From Candidatus Bathyarchaeia archaeon (GTDB lineage Archaea; Thermoproteota; Bathyarchaeia; Bathyarchaeales; Bathycorpusculaceae): DNA of 64,000 nucleotides. The position numbers and the translations under genes are program-made. The DNA is taken from assembly GCA_038727135.1 (NCBI GenBank), contig JAVYWL010000001.1, positions 320,001 to 384,000 of the forward strand, in the 5' to 3' direction. Below, piece by piece: positions 1 to 8,473 of the stretch (the first letter of the stretch is position 1; each line of letters starts with the position of its first letter). Below the pieces are notes generated by a model. It did not search any database. It worked only from the letters and a program-made list of their open reading frames with translations, and was not told where the DNA came from.

Positions 1-365
1 CAGTGTCCCCCAATAATCGCCATTTTTAAATCTCTTGCAGCCGCATCCATTTGAGAACATATAACCTCAATGGTTTTCCGGTCAGCCTCTTCTGGAAGTA
101 ATATACATGAAAGGAAGAAGGCTGGTTCCACACCGAAAGTGGCGACATCATTTGCATTAATGTTCACGGCAAGCCAACCAATACGCTCAACAGCACCAGT
201 AATGGGGTCCATTGAAGCCACCAGAGATTTCTCGCCTAAATCTATGACTGCACCATCATAGCCGGCTGAAGGCCCAATAATAACTTCATTACGTTTGTAA
301 CCTAAATTCTTGAAGACAACTTCTTCTAATATTTCTATGGGAACTTTTCCAAATGGCAGTTCCAA
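1..365 (-). CDS. AIR synthase (PurM/ThiL/HypE) family protein, N-terminal part; runs off the window edge
   Basis: Not in the ORF track. Manual translation from TTG at 365 gives MELPFGKVPIEILEEVVF...GPSAGYDGAV...SMDPITG...GWLAVNINANDVATFGVEP...IIGGH, the PurM-like N-terminal ATP-binding motifs. Confidence 0.88.
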   Translation of the reverse strand, partial: MELPFGKVPIEILEEVVFKNLGYKRNEVIIGPSAGYDGAVIDLGEKSLVASMDPITGAVERIGWLAVNINANDVATFGVEPAFFLSCILLPEEADRKTIEVICSQMDAAARDLKMAIIGGH

Positions 366-396
366 CTTTGATTCCTCAAGCAAGTATTTTCTGCTT

Positions 397-1149
397 TTAG
401 CTTTTAAGTTGTGGTAGAGCTTGCCTTACAATCCGAACAATAGGTGTAGCAACAATCACGCCTATAGTCATTTGCCCAATGTTTACAGGAACTTCTGCGA
501 AGGCGAAGACTCCGAGGAAAAATTGCTCGTAAAGGAAGTAGCCAAAAACCATCAAAAACCCTCCAAAGATGCACGCTATTATCGTTAAACTGAATTCAGG
601 TTCAGATATTAAGGCTAAGACCGTGATAATAATGAATGAGAGAACCCCTACCCCTAACCAAAACTCGACTGGGATAAAAAAGGTTGATGCGGGATTTTCT
701 ATGGAAACCATACCTGAATAAAGTTCGACAAAACCACTGTAATAGAGAAAGCCAATGAGGCTAATTAGCATTCCTATAAGTATGCCTATCTCAGTTGTGA
801 AAATCCTCCACTCCCTTTTGGTATGGGACTTGACGAAAACCTGCGCCTTTCGACTAAGAAAACCAGCTAGAAAACCCTCCAAAGCTTTAATTACCAAAGT
901 TGCTGGGGCATAATAGTAATAGCCGAGGAAAACGTCTGCGAGCATAGAGCCAACGCCACCAGCAAAGGCTCCTACAAAGGGTCCGAAAAGTAAGGCTGCT
1001 GTATAAACCATCGTCTCTCCGATGTTAAAGTAGCCTTTAGTGCTGGGTACATAAATTGTAAAGCTTATCGTTGCTATGCAAACAAGGGCTGTAAAAACAC
1101 CCGTAATACTTAATCGCCTTGCCAATTCTGCAGAAGATTTTGATAGCAT
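397..1149 (-). CDS. ECF transporter substrate-specific (S) component
   Basis: Multi-TM protein with P-x-T-x-GYFNIGE and GGVGSMLAD-x-FLGY...APATLVIK-x-LEG motifs typical of S components. Confidence 0.85.
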   Translation of the reverse strand: MLSKSSAELARRLSITGVFTALVCIATISFTIYVPSTKGYFNIGETMVYTAALLFGPFVGAFAGGVGSMLADVFLGYYYYAPATLVIKALEGFLAGFLSRKAQVFVKSHTKREWRIFTTEIGILIGMLISLIGFLYYSGFVELYSGMVSIENPASTFFIPVEFWLGVGVLSFIIITVLALISEPEFSLTIIACIFGGFLMVFGYFLYEQFFLGVFAFAEVPVNIGQMTIGVIVATPIVRIVRQALPQLKS

Positions 1150-1167
1150 AACGCGAACCTCTTTTTG

Positions 1168-1198
1168 ATAGTATAGCTACAACTATACTATTTTAAAT
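1168..1198 (-). promoter_or_regulatory. Palindromic operator (ATAGTATAG-N6-CTATACTAT) abutting the TATA box of the ECF gene
   Basis: Perfect 9-bp inverted repeat at 1168-1176 and 1183-1191; minus-strand ATTTAAAA box at 1191-1198; ATG at 1149. Confidence 0.7.
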
Positions 1199-1222
1199 TT
1201 ATGTTCCCGACTGCGTGGAAAA

Positions 1223-2626
1223 CTATAGGAGAAGTTTTAAGTTGTCGAACGCATGGAGGGCTTTCATTCCACGTTTTGTTATTTTAAAATACTTTCGCCC
1301 ATCTTTTTCATAACTTGAAATCAGCCCATTCTTTGAAAGTTCGGTTAAATGTTGGTAGATTGCCGCTCTTGTCATCATTTTTCCGAGTTTTTTCCATAAT
1401 TCATATCCGTAGGCATCCCCTTCACATAAAATTCTCAGTATTTTCTCTTTTGTGCTAAGCTCTAACCCAACCACAGCCGTTTTCCTTCTTTTGGTTAAGG
1501 CTTGGAGAATGTCTGTCGCCTTTAGCCCACTTCCAGTTATTAAGCATACAACTTTGTCCTTTTTGTCAATCACCCGTTCGTTCACAAGCTTTTTGAGCGC
1601 TGCGTAGGTTGCTGCGCTTGCTGGCTCGGCGAAGACTCCTTCATGCTTTGCAATTTCTTGTTCTGCTAAAAAAATTTCCTCGTCTGAAACTGATGTGGCG
1701 GTTCCTTTGGATTCTTTGATGGCTTTAAGGGCTAGTTTGCCATACCAAGGGTTTTTAACGAGGATAGCAAGCGCGCGGGTTGAAGGTTTTGTTTTGAGGG
1801 CTGGCTCCTCAAGGTTTTGCGTATACGCCCTAACTATTGGCGAGCATCCTTCGGCTTGAACGCCGACCATCTTTGGGAGAGAGTGTACTTCGCCTTTTAT
1901 TCCAAGCTCTTTGAAGCCTTTCCAAATGGCATATAGTGCTCCACCGCTTCCCATGGAGGCTATAAACCAGTCTGGAACACCCATCTGCTCGTAAACTTCG
2001 TAGGCTATGGTTTTTAGGGCTTCTATGGATAAGGGATTAAATTCGGCGGATCCTTGATACCAGTCCATTTCTTTGGCTAGCTCATCTGCTCTTTTCAGCG
2101 AATCGTCCACTATTTCCCCATACTCTTCGATCACGGCATCGTAGATGAGCATTTGGGCAAGTTTTCCCATATCCACATTTTTCGGCACTATAACATGACA
2201 TGTTAATCCAGACTTGGCGCAGTATGCGGCTAAAGAAGCCCCAAGGTTCCCATTTGTAGCGCACACAACCGACTTATACTCCAAATCTATGGCGTTAGAA
2301 ACAATTAGGGCGGCACATCTATCTCTAAAAGAGTTCGTTGGATTTCGCGTTTCATCCTTAAAGTATAAATTGTTTAGCCCAGCGTTTTTAGCAAGCCTTC
2401 TCGCCCTAATGAGAGGGGTACCCCCTTCCCCCATGGAGACAACATTTCTAACTTTTGGCAAGAATCTCTTGTAACGCCAAAAAATGAAGGGCCCAACGAA
2501 TTTCGCTTTTTTAAGGGTTTCATCATCGCATTTATACTCTAGGGGACTGTCACATTCCTCGCAACTATATTGCGGCGGGTAAGCTTCAAACCTTGTGCCG
2601 CATGCTGTGCATTCCAGATAGAACAT
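1223..2626 (-). CDS. Threonine synthase-like (fold-type II PLP) protein fused to a C-terminal PadR-like wHTH; catalytic Lys replaced by Arg
   Basis: N-terminal CxxC...CxxC, GEGGTPL, NPTNSFRDR (canonical NPTGSFKDR), EPASAA, ITGSGLK; C-terminal KILRIL...YGYELWK...AIYQHLTEL...GRKYFKIT..G winged helix. Confidence 0.85.
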   Translation of the reverse strand: MFYLECTACGTRFEAYPPQYSCEECDSPLEYKCDDETLKKAKFVGPFIFWRYKRFLPKVRNVVSMGEGGTPLIRARRLAKNAGLNNLYFKDETRNPTNSFRDRCAALIVSNAIDLEYKSVVCATNGNLGASLAAYCAKSGLTCHVIVPKNVDMGKLAQMLIYDAVIEEYGEIVDDSLKRADELAKEMDWYQGSAEFNPLSIEALKTIAYEVYEQMGVPDWFIASMGSGGALYAIWKGFKELGIKGEVHSLPKMVGVQAEGCSPIVRAYTQNLEEPALKTKPSTRALAILVKNPWYGKLALKAIKESKGTATSVSDEEIFLAEQEIAKHEGVFAEPASAATYAALKKLVNERVIDKKDKVVCLITGSGLKATDILQALTKRRKTAVVGLELSTKEKILRILCEGDAYGYELWKKLGKMMTRAAIYQHLTELSKNGLISSYEKDGRKYFKITKRGMKALHAFDNLKLLL

Positions 2627-2697
2627 TATTTTGCCTCGTCTCTCTTTCTAACCATCATATTTAACAGTCCCGTCTATGAGGCTTTCTAAATTTTGGT

Positions 2698-2949
2698 TTA
2701 AGATTCCAAACTTGGAAGGATTGCAATTATTTCTGCAACCCGCCTTATGGTTGCCCAGTCAAATTTGGCGTCGCTCTCCATATTAACTAAAAGATTAATC
2801 CCGTTCTGCCCGTCTCTTTCCAGTGTTTTTGGGCCTGCATCCTTTGGCTTTTTAAGCTCCATAATTGCTGGCAGAAGCATAATTATGATGAAGGTTATAA
2901 CTCCAAAAAACAACATTACAGCCGACGTTAAAGCCGAAGCCGGAACCAT
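2698..2949 (-). CDS. Small single-pass membrane protein
   Basis: 83-aa ORF with N-terminal TM followed by LLPAIMELKKPKDAGP; starts 3 nt after the GT2 stop. Confidence 0.65.
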   Translation of the reverse strand: MVPASALTSAVMLFFGVITFIIIMLLPAIMELKKPKDAGPKTLERDGQNGINLLVNMESDAKFDWATIRRVAEIIAILPSLES

Positions 2950-2952
2950 TCT

Positions 2953-4275
2953 CTACCTTTCTAAATGTTTGATGCAGTTCATAATATAACAGTTTCCATT
3001 GCCTGAATGCTCAGTCTTCGCCCAATGGTTGTTGTTTTTCTTTGTAATTTTTGAGAACAGAAGGTCGATGAGGGCTTTTGTACATATGGGAATGTTATAT
3101 AAAAGTGTGAAGAGAAGTAGGGGGATAAGCCACTGCGCCCTCTTTCTGCCGTCAAGATAAGCCCCAACACCAATCTCATAAAATGGGGCAAAGTTCCCAA
3201 TAGAACTGTAGAGGGCGATGGAGGATGCCGCCCAAAATGAGGTGGACCATTGTGAAAATTTCAGAAAGGTTAGCGCCGCCCCAATTATCCATGAAAGAAG
3301 GACGACAACGGGGAGAAAATAGACGCCGAGCAGAAGTAGGCCGTCAATTTTCTCTTTAAATCCGAGCTCTCTGCTTTTTAGAACTTTAAGCCAATGTTTA
3401 AAGGCGCATTGCATATGCCCTTTTGCCCACCTGTATCGTTGTCTCCAGTAGGCTCGCCAGTTTTCAACAGCCTCTTCGTAGCATTCCGCATCGCCAACAT
3501 ACTTAACCTTGTAACCAGCGAGGTAAACACGGAAAGTTAGATCGGTGTCCTCTGCCAAAATATTTTCGTCCCATCCGCCAAGAGATTCCAAAAGAACGCG
3601 CCTAAAACCTCCGACAGTTCCTCCGAATTGAGTTATTAAGCCGAGGGTGTCGCGGGCTTCTTGGTCGACGCGGTATCCGCCTATCCTTTCAAGGGCAACA
3701 AGCCTCGTGACAATGTTCTGCGGCTCGTTGAGCACAACAACCCTGCCTTGAACGGCTCCAACTTTTGGGTCCTTAAACTCTTTCACAAGTTTTTCCACAA
3801 TGTCCCTTTGCGGATAGTAGTCAGCATCAAAACACAATACTATTTCGCCATCAGCCAGCTTCATTCCAGCGTTTAAGGCGGAAGCCTTCCCGCGACCACC
3901 CTCTTCTTTATCTCTTCTCACAACAAGTATGTAAGGATGAATCCTCGAATACTGTTCTGCTATTATTCCAGTTCTATCTGTTGAAGCGTCATCTATCACT
4001 ATTATCTGCAACTTATCCTTAGGATATGTCAGCTCCGTCATTCTTTGGAGAATCCGTCCAATAACACGTTCTTCGTTGCGGGCAGGTATCAAAATTGACA
4101 CTTTTGGTTGATAATATGGGTCCGCAATTTCAGCTGCATTAATGCTTTCTCCATTTCTCTTTGATTTCTTGGCAACTGTAAATGTGAAAATGTAGTGGCG
4201 AACAAGGTATGCCACCATCAAAGCTGTCGACAAAATAAGTAATGCCTCTAAAATTTCTGTTATCAAGTTTTCCAC
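2953..4275 (-). CDS. Processive GT2 glycosyltransferase (cellulose synthase/PgaC-like)
   Basis: IPARNE, DDASTD, GKASALN, FDAD, AEDTD and QRYRW (D,D,D,QxxRW) motifs plus TM helices. Confidence 0.9.
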   Translation of the reverse strand: MENLITEILEALLILSTALMVAYLVRHYIFTFTVAKKSKRNGESINAAEIADPYYQPKVSILIPARNEERVIGRILQRMTELTYPKDKLQIIVIDDASTDRTGIIAEQYSRIHPYILVVRRDKEEGGRGKASALNAGMKLADGEIVLCFDADYYPQRDIVEKLVKEFKDPKVGAVQGRVVVLNEPQNIVTRLVALERIGGYRVDQEARDTLGLITQFGGTVGGFRRVLLESLGGWDENILAEDTDLTFRVYLAGYKVKYVGDAECYEEAVENWRAYWRQRYRWAKGHMQCAFKHWLKVLKSRELGFKEKIDGLLLLGVYFLPVVVLLSWIIGAALTFLKFSQWSTSFWAASSIALYSSIGNFAPFYEIGVGAYLDGRKRAQWLIPLLLFTLLYNIPICTKALIDLLFSKITKKNNNHWAKTEHSGNGNCYIMNCIKHLER

Positions 4276-4658
4276 CGTTTTCTCTCTCTTGTTTCAGTTA
4301 AAAAGGTCAGACTTGTGGACCAAAACGCTACAACCCACAAAACATTCAACATCGGACTTAAAATAATGTACAAAGTGTTAAGCACTACATCCATATGCAC
4401 AATAGCTAAGTGGACGAACGAATAGAAGATGGTGCTCCAAATGAAGCTTAGGATGTTGCCCAACAAAAGTATTGCCGCTTTTCTTTCCAAGGAACTTTTT
4501 AATGGTATAAGAATTAGCAGAAACAGAAAGTTAAATGTAAGCAGTGTTTGAGTTGTCTCCTCAGGTATTGGAAGGAGCCCATAAAGAGTTAGGAGGATAA
4601 AAGCCGCAATAAATGCAGAGCAGAAAATCAGTGTTTTCAAGCTCTCCAATCTCCGCAT
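4263..4658 (-). CDS. Hypothetical 4-TM membrane protein
   Basis: Hydrophobic 131-aa ORF overlapping the GT2 start. Confidence 0.7.
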   Translation of the reverse strand: MRRLESLKTLIFCSAFIAAFILLTLYGLLPIPEETTQTLLTFNFLFLLILIPLKSSLERKAAILLLGNILSFIWSTIFYSFVHLAIVHMDVVLNTLYIILSPMLNVLWVVAFWSTSLTFLTETRERKRWKT

Positions 4659-4733
4659 ATAGTTTAGATTCTGATTTAGATTTTAGTTCTAGAGGAATCT
4701 TATAGAAGTTTTTTCTCTATCAGTTTAAAAAAT

Positions 4734-5324
4734 TTACGCGAAATTCCGCTTACCAAAAATTAGCTTGTCTAGAACCAAGCTTAAGACTTGAAAAACTTCT
4801 TCAGCTGATAAGTTGTCAGTGTCTAATACCATGTGGAAGGGGGTGAAATCTTCGCCTAACTTGAAACCATAAAGCTTCTCATAAATCGCTTTTGTCTTCT
4901 CTTCCTTCTTTCTTAAGGCCTTTAATGCCTCTTTTACGGTTATTTTGTCTCTTTTCGCTACTCTTTCAGCTCTTTTTCTTGGCGATGCTTCAAGCCATAT
5001 TTTAAACCCTTTTTCTAGAAGCCACGGCATTGTCCAACTGTCTAGAACAACGTTTCCCTGTTTTGCGATCTCCAAAAGCTTCTGGTCCACAGCCTTGTCA
5101 AATTCGGGGTTTTTCTCCCGCTTTTCTAGAAATGAGAGGCCTTCCTTGCTTTCCCACCAACCGTGCCCCGCTGGCTTATAACCCCTTTCTAAAGCCAGAG
5201 CCTTTAGAGCGTCCCCGCCTGAATAGTATTTTAATCCATACTTTTCAGCCAGTTTTTTGGCTAGTGTGCTTTTTCCGCTTCCAGCCATCCCACAAACACA
5301 TATAACCAACGGTTCCTTCGCCAT
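4734..5324 (-). CDS. cmk: Archaeal cytidylate kinase
   Basis: P-loop GMAGSGKST; conserved position after eL34; start revised to ATG 5324. Confidence 0.9.
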   Translation of the reverse strand: MAKEPLVICVCGMAGSGKSTLAKKLAEKYGLKYYSGGDALKALALERGYKPAGHGWWESKEGLSFLEKREKNPEFDKAVDQKLLEIAKQGNVVLDSWTMPWLLEKGFKIWLEASPRKRAERVAKRDKITVKEALKALRKKEEKTKAIYEKLYGFKLGEDFTPFHMVLDTDNLSAEEVFQVLSLVLDKLIFGKRNFA

Positions 5325-5334
5325 ACCGAGAGCC

Positions 5335-5613
5335 TCATGCAGCACTAAGCGTTCGCACCGCTTGCTTTAGAGCCGTTTTCAAGCAGTTGTGGCAGAGGTG
5401 CCCACCATAAATCCTTGAAATGCTCCTCTTTGTCTTGTTGAGCTTTCTTATCTCGTGTGGGAGGAGACGGGGAACTCCAGACAAAGGCTTGCCGCACTTA
5501 GCACAGCCACCGCCCCTTGGAACTTCGCGTTTAAAGTGCAAGCCTGTGCGTCCTCCAGGTAAAGCCTTAAGAACACGTTTTCGACTGCGGGTGCGTTGGT
5601 ATGGTCTAGGCAT
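5335..5613 (-). CDS. rpl34e: 50S ribosomal protein eL34
   Basis: MPRP..R, PGGR, CAKCGKPL.GVP, R.YGG.LC..C. Confidence 0.95.
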   Translation of the reverse strand: MPRPYQRTRSRKRVLKALPGGRTGLHFKREVPRGGGCAKCGKPLSGVPRLLPHEIRKLNKTKRSISRIYGGHLCHNCLKTALKQAVRTLSAA

Positions 5614-5619
5614 ATCACA

Positions 5620-6084
5620 TCACTCCACACTTGAAAGGCCAAGTAAATGGGAGAATATTGTGCTGAAAAGGAAGGAACATAAAAGATACCACCAGAACAA
5701 AGACGAAAACCAAAGCAATTTAGACCCGATTCCTGGGAAATATGCAATTTCGATTCCTCCATATGTCCATCCTAAAAAATACCAGACTATCATTAATGGG
5801 ATTAAGAATAGAAATGAAACTTTCATTGATTGCCAAGACATTTTTGCCTGAATCTGGAGTATGTACTGTTGTTTTTTAATTAGTTTCTCCATCTGCTTCT
5901 TATCCCCGCTTTTGCGAGCTTCTCGCAATTGTGCGTTCCACTCGGCGATTTCTTTTCTCCAAGCTTTCGTCTTTTCTGGGTCTGTTGTGAGACGATTAGC
6001 CAAAGTTAGAAGGAACGATATTACAGCGGCAAGCATTAAAATGAAAAGCGTTGACCAAGGAGGACTTGTCGGCAGAAAAGACAT
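5620..6084 (-). CDS. DUF106 / EMC3-TMCO1 (Oxa1 superfamily) membrane protein
   Basis: TM, coiled coil, TM architecture with WYLLCS motif; conserved position downstream of secY. Confidence 0.88.
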   Translation of the reverse strand: MSFLPTSPPWSTLFILMLAAVISFLLTLANRLTTDPEKTKAWRKEIAEWNAQLREARKSGDKKQMEKLIKKQQYILQIQAKMSWQSMKVSFLFLIPLMIVWYFLGWTYGGIEIAYFPGIGSKLLWFSSLFWWYLLCSFLFSTIFSHLLGLSSVE

Positions 6085-6091
6085 GTTCTTC

Positions 6092-7501
6092 TCACTCTCC
6101 AAATATTCTTCTGAAAGCTGGGTACATTTCTGCGGCTCTCTCCCGCACCAAAATTTCGTAATACTGATAAATTATGCCGACGGAAAGCAGAATTCCTATG
6201 CCGGAGCCGAAGACTCCGAAGAAGTCGGACAAGCCAGCGATCAACCCAACTATAATTCCGCCTAAAATGGTGACTGTTGGAATGTAGCGTTTAAGAATCT
6301 GCTCGACAGCCTTTCCCGAACGCCTATAACCCGGAATCTGCATACCAGCGTCCACAAGCTGCTTCGCTACCGTTGAAGGCCCCAAGCCGCCAACCTCAAG
6401 CCAAGTAAGCGAAAAAATCACACAGAAAACTATGAGAATTGCTAAATATCCAATAGCTCTTAAAGGCTCTTGCATCACATTGGTAAGGTTGCCCGGCGAA
6501 GTTACAAAGTAAACGAGACCACCTGCTGGGACATATTGTTCTCCTTCCAGCTTATACCATCCTAACAGTCGGATCCATGGGTTATTTCTGTCCCAATTCC
6601 AAAGTAAATAGGAGAAAAAGTAAATGTTGGCAAAGAGTGCTGAGGCAAAAATTACCGGAAGGTTCGAAACATATAATAGCTTTATTGGATAACGGCTTCT
6701 GAAGCCACGATAACCCGCGTAGGAAAGAGGAAGCTCCACCCTAACGCCTTCCATGTAAATTATTACAAGGAAAGCAGCTATGGTTGCTATTAAGCCTACT
6801 ATGGATGGAAAATTCCCCCTTAGTAACAGTCCAGTTACCGGTTGCCCACGCATTATTGTTTGTGCTAAAGCAACGAATATTCCGTTACTGCCATATACGT
6901 CAGCTGGAGTTGTGTCGAAACAGTGAAGGAATATTTGTTGGGCAACACCAGCCATTATGAAGAGGCTTATTCCGCTTCCAAAGCCCCAGCCTTTTTGAAT
7001 GAGCTCGTCCAAAAGTAAAACGATAAAACCGGCGGCTAAAAGTTGTAGAAATATGATTATGGCTGTTGTGCCCGGTAAGGTGCCGTACATCCCGCTTATT
7101 ATGTATGCTGATGCTTGCACACCTGTGAGAATTATTGCTAAAACTTTGCTTGCAGTCGTGAATAAGGCTCTGTCTTCAGGCTTTGACATGTCGCATTCTA
7201 TCATGGCGGAACCCACCAAAAGCTGTAGTATAAGACCGGCGGTAACTATTGGTCCTATGCCAAGTTCCATGAGGGTTCCCCTGTTCGATGCAAAAATTAT
7301 TCTCAGAGGTGCAAATCTCTCCTCTACAGTGCTGGGAATACCATATAGGCGACATGCGTTGCTGGCCATTATTAGGTATATTATGAGGGCTATGGCTGTC
7401 CAGAAGAGTTTCTCATTAAAGCTTACTCTGCGTTCCGGAGCCTTTACTTCTGGGATGAAGCGTGCAAGAGGTTTGAACATGTTTAGGAATCTTCCAGCCA
7501 T
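6092..7501 (-). CDS. secY: Preprotein translocase SecY/Sec61alpha
   Basis: GTLMELGIGPIVTA, GSGISLFI, YPIKLLYVSNLPVI, MQIPGYR. Confidence 0.98.
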   Translation of the reverse strand: MAGRFLNMFKPLARFIPEVKAPERRVSFNEKLFWTAIALIIYLIMASNACRLYGIPSTVEERFAPLRIIFASNRGTLMELGIGPIVTAGLILQLLVGSAMIECDMSKPEDRALFTTASKVLAIILTGVQASAYIISGMYGTLPGTTAIIIFLQLLAAGFIVLLLDELIQKGWGFGSGISLFIMAGVAQQIFLHCFDTTPADVYGSNGIFVALAQTIMRGQPVTGLLLRGNFPSIVGLIATIAAFLVIIYMEGVRVELPLSYAGYRGFRSRYPIKLLYVSNLPVIFASALFANIYFFSYLLWNWDRNNPWIRLLGWYKLEGEQYVPAGGLVYFVTSPGNLTNVMQEPLRAIGYLAILIVFCVIFSLTWLEVGGLGPSTVAKQLVDAGMQIPGYRRSGKAVEQILKRYIPTVTILGGIIVGLIAGLSDFFGVFGSGIGILLSVGIIYQYYEILVRERAAEMYPAFRRIFGE

Positions 7502-7511
7502 GGACTAACAG

Positions 7512-7949
7512 CTACTCCCTTTTTTGAGATTCCACTATAACTCGTCCTCCAGCCTCTTCTATTTTTTCAGTTGCGGACTTGGAGCAGGAGGCAATCTTAA
7601 CAACTAAGGGTTGTGTCACTTTTCCAACGCCGAGGAGCTTTGTATAGCCTAAACTTTCCAAGTCTAAGAGAATTTTGCCCTCTTCGGTTTTTCCTCCATA
7701 TTTTTCAGCTATTTCTTCAAGTTCTCCAACGTTTATGACTTTTTCTTCGCGTCTAAGACTTTTAGGCGACGTGAAGCCCTTTTTCCCGAAGTATTCTGGC
7801 TCGTATTTTATAACGTATGTCCAGCCGTGCTTGTGGCGTCCGGCTCTGCGGTAGCCCTTGGAGCCTGATTTTCTATGCTGTCCTACCCTTCCATAGCCGC
7901 ATGTTCTTGAACCGCGTTTTTTGCGGATTTTCCTAAGCTTATGGGGCAT
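7512..7949 (-). CDS. rpl15: 50S ribosomal protein uL15
   Basis: RGSRTCGYGRVGQHR, FGKKGF, KLLG.G, KIEEAGG. Confidence 0.96.
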   Translation of the reverse strand: MPHKLRKIRKKRGSRTCGYGRVGQHRKSGSKGYRRAGRHKHGWTYVIKYEPEYFGKKGFTSPKSLRREEKVINVGELEEIAEKYGGKTEEGKILLDLESLGYTKLLGVGKVTQPLVVKIASCSKSATEKIEEAGGRVIVESQKRE

Positions 7950-7951
7950 TT

Positions 7952-8395
7952 TTAACCAGCAACCTTGTTTAGTGGCCTCTCTTCTGGAGCTTTCTTTAAC
8001 TGTATTTCGAGGACTCCATTCTTATATGTTATGCGGGCTGCTTCTGGAATCACAGCCTCTGGAAGATTTAAACTTTTATAAAATCTACGTCCTTGAGCCT
8101 TTGCGGTCAGGATTAGCCGCTGATTTTCAGCTTTAACTTTTATGTTCTCCTTTTTATAGCCTTTAAGCTCCGCAACAACAATTATCTTGTCTTTTTCCCT
8201 AAAGACGTCTACAAGCGGCTCTGGCTCCCTCCATTTTTTAACCTTGAAACTAAAAGTTTTCAAACCCTTATACTTATGAGAATGCTGCCTTGAAGTCTTC
8301 AAACTTTCAAGCTTGAAAACTCTATCTTCGACTTTTCCATGCCTTTTCACGGTTCTAAACCATTTTGGACGTTTCTCGCTTTTCCGCCATCTCAT
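7952..8395 (-). CDS. Hsp20/alpha-crystallin family protein with a basic N-terminus
   Basis: EPLVDV...VVAEL.G...YKNGVLEI alpha-crystallin core. Confidence 0.85.
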   Translation of the reverse strand: MRWRKSEKRPKWFRTVKRHGKVEDRVFKLESLKTSRQHSHKYKGLKTFSFKVKKWREPEPLVDVFREKDKIIVVAELKGYKKENIKVKAENQRLILTAKAQGRRFYKSLNLPEAVIPEAARITYKNGVLEIQLKKAPEERPLNKVAG

Positions 8396-8440
8396 GCTGG
8401 TTTCTCCTTCCCCTTTAACACAAACGCATCTTCAAACAAG

Positions 8441-8448
8441 TTATAAAA
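8441..8448 (-). promoter_or_regulatory. Putative internal TATA box upstream of the Hsp20 gene
   Basis: Minus-strand TTTTATAA in the 78-bp gap after uL30, followed by a GGAG RBS-like sequence before ATG 8395. Confidence 0.45.
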
Positions 8449-8473
8449 GGTATCGCCACCACAAACGGAGCTG

